A stretch of 64,000 nucleotides of DNA. Source: Fidelibacterota bacterium (GTDB lineage: Bacteria; Fidelibacterota; Marinisomatia; Marinisomatales; TCS56). The DNA is taken from NCBI GenBank assembly GCA_043822705.1, contig JBDRBK010000060.1:26529-90528 (forward strand), read 5' to 3'. Position numbers and translations under genes: made by a program. How positions within the stretch are numbered: position 1 is the stretch's first letter; each line of letters begins with the position of its first letter. The notes beneath the pieces are model-generated. The model had not been told where the DNA came from, ran no database searches, and saw only the letters and a list, made by a program, of their open reading frames with translations. Positions 58,940 through 64,000 of the stretch are shown here, piece by piece.

Positions 58940-59071
58940 GCATAACAAAAGTATTAACCTGACAAAAAACGCGTAAGATTTTTGTCAGGGATTTTAAACC
59001 CGGTGAAGTTCAGTGGCAGGTTAAAGTTACTGGCCATCGCCTGTTTTTGCAGGTTATACTCACCGTCAGGT
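58940..59071 (+). repeat. attC site 5 (132 bp; GTC core)
   Basis: GCATAAC ... AGTATtAACCTG / CAGGTTATACT ... GTCAGGT. Near copy of attC4. Confidence 0.87.
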
Positions 59072-59131
59072 TTACTTAATCATTCTTGGTTACGGTTGAA
59101 TAAAATCATCCACAATTAACTTAGGAGACAA

Positions 59132-60073
59132 ATGAAAGCAGTCATCTGTACAAAATATGGACCTCCTGAGGTCCTTGAGATTCGGGACATTGAAAAACCT
59201 ACTCCCAAAGACAATGAGGTGCTGATAAAAATTCATGCAACAACGGTGCACATTGGGGATACTAAAATTCGGGGCTTTAAACCCGGACTAGGTAAGTATC
59301 AGGATATTCTTTTTAAGCCCATCATGCGTTTTATGATTGGTTTCAGGGGACCACGTAAAAAGGTATTGGGGATGGAATTAGCAGGGAAAATCGAAGCAAT
59401 CGGAAAGGATGTTAGACTTTTCAAACCAGGAGATCAAGTTTTTGCGGCGACCGAGATGACTTTTGGTGCATATGCTGAGTATAAATGCATGTCAGAAAAC
59501 GGCGTGTTGGCAAAAATACCAGCCAATATGTCCTATGAAGAGGCTGCACCTATTCCCAACGGTGGTATTACAGCATTGCGTTTTCTAAGAAGAGCCAATC
59601 TTCAGAAGAACCAAAGAATTCTTATTTATGGTGCCTCAGGAAGTGTAGGAACCTTTGCTGTTCAGCTCGCTAAAAGTTTCGGAGCGGAGGTCGTTGGGGT
59701 TTGCAGTACAAAAAACATAGACATGGTACAATCACTAGGCGCGGACAAGGTTATTGATTATACGAAAGAAGATTTTACTAAGGGTCCTGAAACTTATGAT
59801 GTTATTTTTGATGCAGTAGGCAAGACTTCCCATTCTTTTTGTAAAAATTCATTGAAGCAAAGGGGTGTCTATCTAAACGTACTCAAGTCCTCGGGAGGAT
59901 TGAAGTTGAAAATTGAAGAGTTAATGTTTCTTCAGATGCTTTTTGAGAAGGGTGAAATTAAATCGGTCATAGATAAACGATTTTCGCTTGATCAAATTGT
60001 TGAAGCTCACAGATACGTCGATAAAGGGCATAAAAAAGGCAATGTGATTATCACCGTAGGAACAAAAACCTAA
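59132..60073 (+). CDS. Cassette 6: NAD(P)-dependent MDR/quinone oxidoreductase-like protein
   Basis: [27 protein letters not shown] and GNVII motifs. The stop TAA lies inside the attC6 inverse core. Confidence 0.9.
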   Translation: MKAVICTKYGPPEVLEIRDIEKPTPKDNEVLIKIHATTVHIGDTKIRGFKPGLGKYQDILFKPIMRFMIGFRGPRKKVLGMELAGKIEAIGKDVRLFKPGDQVFAATEMTFGAYAEYKCMSENGVLAKIPANMSYEEAAPIPNGGITALRFLRRANLQKNQRILIYGASGSVGTFAVQLAKSFGAEVVGVCSTKNIDMVQSLGADKVIDYTKEDFTKGPETYDVIFDAVGKTSHSFCKNSLKQRGVYLNVLKSSGGLKLKIEELMFLQMLFEKGEIKSVIDKRFSLDQIVEAHRYVDKGHKKGNVIITVGTKT

Positions 60074-60192
60074 CAAAGGCTTAGAGCTGACTCATTCGAG
60101 GGGAAGTACAAGACGAAATTGATGTGGATGGATACAGTGAACATACAAAGCGATGCTTTCTTGGGAAGCAGCTCAAGCCTAAAGCGTCAGGC
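60068..60192 (+). repeat. attC site 6 (125 bp; GTC core)
   Basis: ACCTAAC ... GGCTTaGAGCTG / CAGCTCAAGCC ... GTCAGGC. Near copy of attC1. Confidence 0.9.
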
Positions 60193-60225
60193 GCAACAAA
60201 TAATTCAAATTCATGTGAGGAAATC

Positions 60226-60690
60226 ATGTCTGATTATCTGCCTCCGTTACCAAAAATTCTCATCATCATTCTTATTCAAGTAGCCATTGCCTTGGTTCAT
60301 GTTTTTAGGCTGGGGCAAATTTTTCAAGGTCAAGCCTATAATCTCTACTATAGTTATTTTTCAGACGTCATATTGCCATTTGGAATGTATTTTCTCCTTT
60401 CATTGAACGATGTAATAATTTCAGTTTTCCAAAAAAATATCTGCCTTCCGCCTGGAGAGTGGTATGTTAAAGCCGGTCTCATTTTCACCTTGACAACATT
60501 TGCTGAAATTTGTCAATTCTTTGGAATCGAAGTTTTAGGAGTTACTTTCGATCCTTTTGATATACTGATGTATGGAATTGGTGTTTCAGTTGCCGCATTA
60601 ATCGATGTAAAGGTTTTTACCAAATATCTTGGATTTTGGACAATTCCAAAGAATGGGAACAAAGATCAAGCTGATTTGCGCCTGACATAA
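60226..60690 (+). CDS. Cassette 7: membrane protein (VanZ/DUF2809-like)
   Basis: ATG at 60226 after GAGG. About 4 TM helices, with EICQ..G....G.TFDPFDILMY.IG. Confidence 0.7.
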   Translation: MSDYLPPLPKILIIILIQVAIALVHVFRLGQIFQGQAYNLYYSYFSDVILPFGMYFLLSLNDVIISVFQKNICLPPGEWYVKAGLIFTLTTFAEICQFFGIEVLGVTFDPFDILMYGIGVSVAALIDVKVFTKYLGFWTIPKNGNKDQADLRLT

Positions 60691-60809
60691 CGTGCGGCGG
60701 CGGCGGGGATTCGGCGGCTTCGACAGGCAGGTTCCTACGCCCGAACATTTTTCTACATACTGGCTTTTATCCACACACACCCGTCCGCCGCTAAAGCAAA
60801 CCGTTATGA
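60680..60809 (+). repeat. attC site 7 (about 130 bp; GAC inverse core)
   Basis: GCCTGAC (or ACATAAC) ... GCGGCGGCGGG / CCCGTCCGCCGC ... GTTATGA. Confidence 0.72.
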
Positions 60810-60851
60810 GGTATCAGTACTTTACAGTCAACCATTAAGGAGGTATAAAAT

Positions 60852-62171
60852 ATGAATTCGAAAATTCAACTACGCTGTTTTCTGTTGGTCATATCATTTT
60901 TCATTGCATTTCCAAAAAGCGCAATCTCTCAAGCGAATACCAGTGTTCCACTTACAAGCCAAAAACGATCAGCAATTATCAAAAAAACCGCAGAAATATT
61001 TGCTGAATTTTATCCGATTCCTGAAGTTTCAACAGAAATGATAGGTTATATCGATAAGAGACAAAGAGAAGGCGCCTATGATAAATTCAATAATGTAGAT
61101 GATTTCACATCGCAGTTAACGAAAGATATGCGTTCAAAATCAAACGACGACCATATAAGAGTTTACCCCTATGAAAAAATACCCGATGACCTGGCGGCTG
61201 AAAAGAAATTAGGCTCACCTGAAAATAATTACGGCTTCCAAAGGGTTGAAATTTTACCGGGCAACATCGGATATATCAATCTTACAACATTTATCAATCC
61301 AAAGACAGCGGGATCGACGGCTGTTGCCGCTATGAATTTTGTTGCTCACTGTGATGCATTGATCATTGACCTAAGATTCAACGGAGGAGGCGATGAAGCA
61401 ATGGCTCAATTCCTGAGTAGTTATTTTTTTGATCAAAGTACGCATATGACAGATGTAATCACTCCCAAGGACAATTTAACAGAACAAATATGGACGCAAG
61501 AATGGGTACCCGGATTACGCATAACAGTAGCTCCGATTTATATTCTTATGAATACGTATTCTTACTCTTCAGCTGAAGTACTGGCCTATCAATTGCAACA
61601 GATCCGCAGAGCAAAAATAGTCGGCGAAAAAACGAAAGGCGGGGTACACGGCGTCAGATTTATGAGTTTCCCTGATTTATCAATTAATCTAAAAGTACCG
61701 TATAAAACAGAAATAAATCCTTATTCAAAAACGAACTATATTAACGGTGTTATGCCCGATATTACCGCATCATCGCGAGAGGCATTAATAGTTGCTCATT
61801 CAGAGCTTGCCAAGCTTTTATTGACAACTGAGACAAACATTAAAAAGAAATACCTGCTTGAGTGGATAATTGCCGGTTATGAAATAGACCGGAATCCAAT
61901 CATTCGTAATGATAAAAAACTGGCCGAATACGTCGGTACCTATGCAAATGTAGTCATCACCCTTGATTGCAGTACATTAATGCTTCAGAGAAATGATTTT
62001 AAAAAACAGGCAATGATCCCGATGGGGGACGACCTGTTTAAGTTTAAGGACATAAATGAACAGAAATACCGAGTGCAATTTATACGTGATGATAAAGGCA
62101 AGATAACCGGCTTGTCCGATCTTGACAGTGATGGTGATACATATCCTGTAAAAGAACGTGAACGAAAATAA
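60852..62171 (+). CDS. Cassette 8: secreted S41-family peptidase
   Basis: Signal peptide. ILPGNIGYI, LIIDLRFNGGG, SYSSAE and IVGEKT.GG motifs. Confidence 0.9.
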   Translation: MNSKIQLRCFLLVISFFIAFPKSAISQANTSVPLTSQKRSAIIKKTAEIFAEFYPIPEVSTEMIGYIDKRQREGAYDKFNNVDDFTSQLTKDMRSKSNDDHIRVYPYEKIPDDLAAEKKLGSPENNYGFQRVEILPGNIGYINLTTFINPKTAGSTAVAAMNFVAHCDALIIDLRFNGGGDEAMAQFLSSYFFDQSTHMTDVITPKDNLTEQIWTQEWVPGLRITVAPIYILMNTYSYSSAEVLAYQLQQIRRAKIVGEKTKGGVHGVRFMSFPDLSINLKVPYKTEINPYSKTNYINGVMPDITASSREALIVAHSELAKLLLTTETNIKKKYLLEWIIAGYEIDRNPIIRNDKKLAEYVGTYANVVITLDCSTLMLQRNDFKKQAMIPMGDDLFKFKDINEQKYRVQFIRDDKGKITGLSDLDSDGDTYPVKERERK

Positions 62172-62289
62172 TTGTGCCAAATAACAAGCGCTGGCTGCTG
62201 ACCAAACAAAGATTGAATCTTAACGTATTTGAATAAACTCTGGTGAAATACCTGTATTAGAAGTCCAATTACCATTTTTATTGTGTCAT

Positions 62290-62324
62290 AAAAGGCCGGT
62301 AAACCAACCGGCCTTTTCTTTTTA
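62290..62324 (+). terminator. Intrinsic terminator at the end of the array
   Basis: AAAAGGCCGGT-aaacca-ACCGGCCTTTTCTTTTT. Confidence 0.8.
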
Positions 62325-62814
62325 TCAGTAATCTTTATACGAAGGATACGGATTGTCCCTCTGGTATAACGGCTGTTTATGAAGCACATACATCAAGCCA
62401 GTGTCTATTTAATTGGCCCGACAGGATACTCAAGCCGTTTTTAAAGATTAAAAAATGGTTTTCCCGCTTAAAAAAAGCATTTACCAGACAGTATTGACCA
62501 TTTTACAGCTTTAACAAACGGGCTTTTAGTTTATATAAATGGTTTTATATAGCCTGGTAATGAGGTACATAATTTGACAAATGATTTTACCGTCAGGCTA
62601 AATTGGTTTTATGTTTACTAAACTAATCAATATGAATTGAAAAACCGGTTATCAGGAAAAGACAATTGGTTGTGTAAACTGTAGAATCGTTATTTCTTCG
62701 ATTCTTACAGGACGGATATCGTCCCAATAGCGGACTATGGATTATCGGCAGGCAAATCCACAAATTATTTTCCGAATTCTCTTGTGTTGTATGTTTACGA
62801 TACTGTAATATGTA

Positions 62815-62846
62815 TACGAAATAAGTCATGAATAACGCATTTCGTA
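62815..62846. promoter_or_regulatory. Candidate TetR autoregulatory operator
   Basis: TACGAAAT-N16-ATTTCGTA immediately upstream of the TetR gene. Confidence 0.45.
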
Positions 62847-62859
62847 AATTCGTAAGTTA

Positions 62860-63453
62860 ATGTCACCGGCAGAAAAAACCAGTTCACCAAAGTATGCCCA
62901 ACTGCTAGATACCGCACAGGATTTATTCATGCGCTTTGGCGTGAAGCGGGTTACCGTTGAAGAAATCTGCCAAACCGCCGCCGTCAGCAAAATGACGTTC
63001 TATAAATATTTCAAAAATAAGAATGACCTGGTAATGCGGATAATGGAAAAATTACTGGATGAAGGACAGGGGAAATTTGACCAAATTATGGCTGGTGAGT
63101 TGTCGTTTGCAGCAAAAATGGAGCAGTTCATTAAAATGAAAACTGATTACGGCAGTAAGATCAGCAAGGAATTTTATATTGATTTCATGAATTACTCACC
63201 GGAAGTGCGTGATTTTATCATGGCCCGGTCGCAGCGCAGTATGCAGATTTTGATAGGGGCTTTTCAGAATGCTCAAGAGAACGGGGAAATTCGAGCTGAC
63301 ATGGATCTAAAATTTCTGACTTTCATGCTGAACAAACTGATGGATATTGGCGAAGATCCGCAATTACTGGCGCTGTTTTCCGATACCGGTGAATTGACAC
63401 GGCAGTGGATAAATTTTTTCATGTATGGTATAATTGGTGACAATCCGAAATAA
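62860..63453 (+). CDS. TetR/AcrR family transcriptional regulator
   Basis: HTH motif LF.RFG...VTVEEIC..AAVSKMTFYKYFKNK. Confidence 0.93.
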   Translation: MSPAEKTSSPKYAQLLDTAQDLFMRFGVKRVTVEEICQTAAVSKMTFYKYFKNKNDLVMRIMEKLLDEGQGKFDQIMAGELSFAAKMEQFIKMKTDYGSKISKEFYIDFMNYSPEVRDFIMARSQRSMQILIGAFQNAQENGEIRADMDLKFLTFMLNKLMDIGEDPQLLALFSDTGELTRQWINFFMYGIIGDNPK

Positions 63454-63454
63454 A

Positions 63455-64000
63455 ATGACCAGGTATTTACTGGTTTTGGTTTTGAGTCCCGTATTGCTGA
63501 CGCCCCAGTCTGATTTGAAAGGTGAAGTTACATTTTCCGGAATTCAAGCCTGGGGACAAGACAACAATCCCGGATCACATATTAGTTTTCGCTATATACC
63601 GACCTGGAGTGCCGGTCAACCGGAAACCAGGGAAATCCGCGTGGATTTGGAAATAGCCGGGAAATTTTATTTGAATAATAATCCCGCTGGTACGGAGTTT
63701 ACTCTGGCGGGTGATTGGGCTGCATTTCACCGCTGCTGGGTCAGGGTGACCAGCGATCGCTTCGAAGCCCGTCTGGGACTGCAAAAAATCACTTTTGGTT
63801 CGGCCCGTCTATTTCGAACGTTAATGTGGTTTGATACGATCGATCCGCGCGACCCCCTGCAGTACACTGCCGGTGTATCTGGTTTGCGATTACGTTATGA
63901 TTGCGCAAGCAATGCCGGAATCTGGTTGTGGGGTGTCTACGATAAGTTCGAGTTTGACCAATTAATCGACGATGTAGAACAACATCCCCAGTACGGGGGC
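63455..64000 (+). CDS. Exported, probably outer-membrane protein (3'-truncated by window edge), not in the ORF track
   Basis: Open frame MTRYLLVLVLSPVLL...RLGLQKITFGSARLFRTLMWFDTIDPRDPLQ running off the end. Confidence 0.75.
   Translation, partial: MTRYLLVLVLSPVLLTPQSDLKGEVTFSGIQAWGQDNNPGSHISFRYIPTWSAGQPETREIRVDLEIAGKFYLNNNPAGTEFTLAGDWAAFHRCWVRVTSDRFEARLGLQKITFGSARLFRTLMWFDTIDPRDPLQYTAGVSGLRLRYDCASNAGIWLWGVYDKFEFDQLIDDVEQHPQYGG

Larger units (their letters stand above)
55614..62203 (+). mobile_element. Integron gene-cassette array lacking an adjacent integrase (CALIN-like), 8 cassettes
   Basis: Co-oriented AT-rich genes, each followed by an imperfect inverted repeat bounded by ..AAC and GTT.. 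cores. Confidence 0.9.

Noticed and set aside
56204..60809. CRISPR array or IS/MITE ends as the explanation of the repeats
   Set aside because: The repeats are over 100 bp, imperfectly palindromic and separated by whole genes. There are no cas or transposase genes and no target-site duplications; attC fits better.
1..64000. tRNA, rRNA or prophage genes
   Set aside because: None were recognised in the intergenic regions or the ORF set by eye. A tRNAscan/Rfam run would be needed to exclude small RNAs.

Overview
Bacterial chromosomal window, mostly GC-rich and densely coding. The lineage is probably anaerobic and in the FCB group, such as Marinimicrobia. That is an inference from the FISUMP lipoproteins, a FlgD/T9SS-like C-terminal domain, DUF5683 and NfnAB. 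Bases 1-55112 are largely housekeeping and metabolic genes: the acs 3' end, pepA, rmuC, a UvrD helicase-nuclease fusion, an ECF sigma operon, nfnAB, pntAB, pip, alaS, gcvPB, dinG, a HAL/PAL-family lyase, guaB, rpsT, folBK, rsmE and smc. The most striking structure is an AT-rich integron-type gene-cassette array at about 55.6-62.2 kb, directly after smc. It has 8 co-oriented cassettes separated by 7 complete attC sites of 106-132 bp, plus a truncated eighth, and no integrase gene in the window (CALIN-like). It contains two attC sequence families, two non-canonical GTC core sites (one compensated by GAC), and two paralogous FISUMP lipoprotein cassettes. Other notable items are an archaeal-type geranylgeranyl reductase coupled to a 2[4Fe-4S] ferredoxin and a degenerate UbiA-like membrane protein, an ammonia-lyase with Ala-Cys-Gly in place of the Ala-Ser-Gly MIO motif, an approximately 35% GC patch inside alaS, and a structured attenuator-like leader upstream of a DUF486/DMT gene. 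All calls were made by eye from motifs; no database searches were run.
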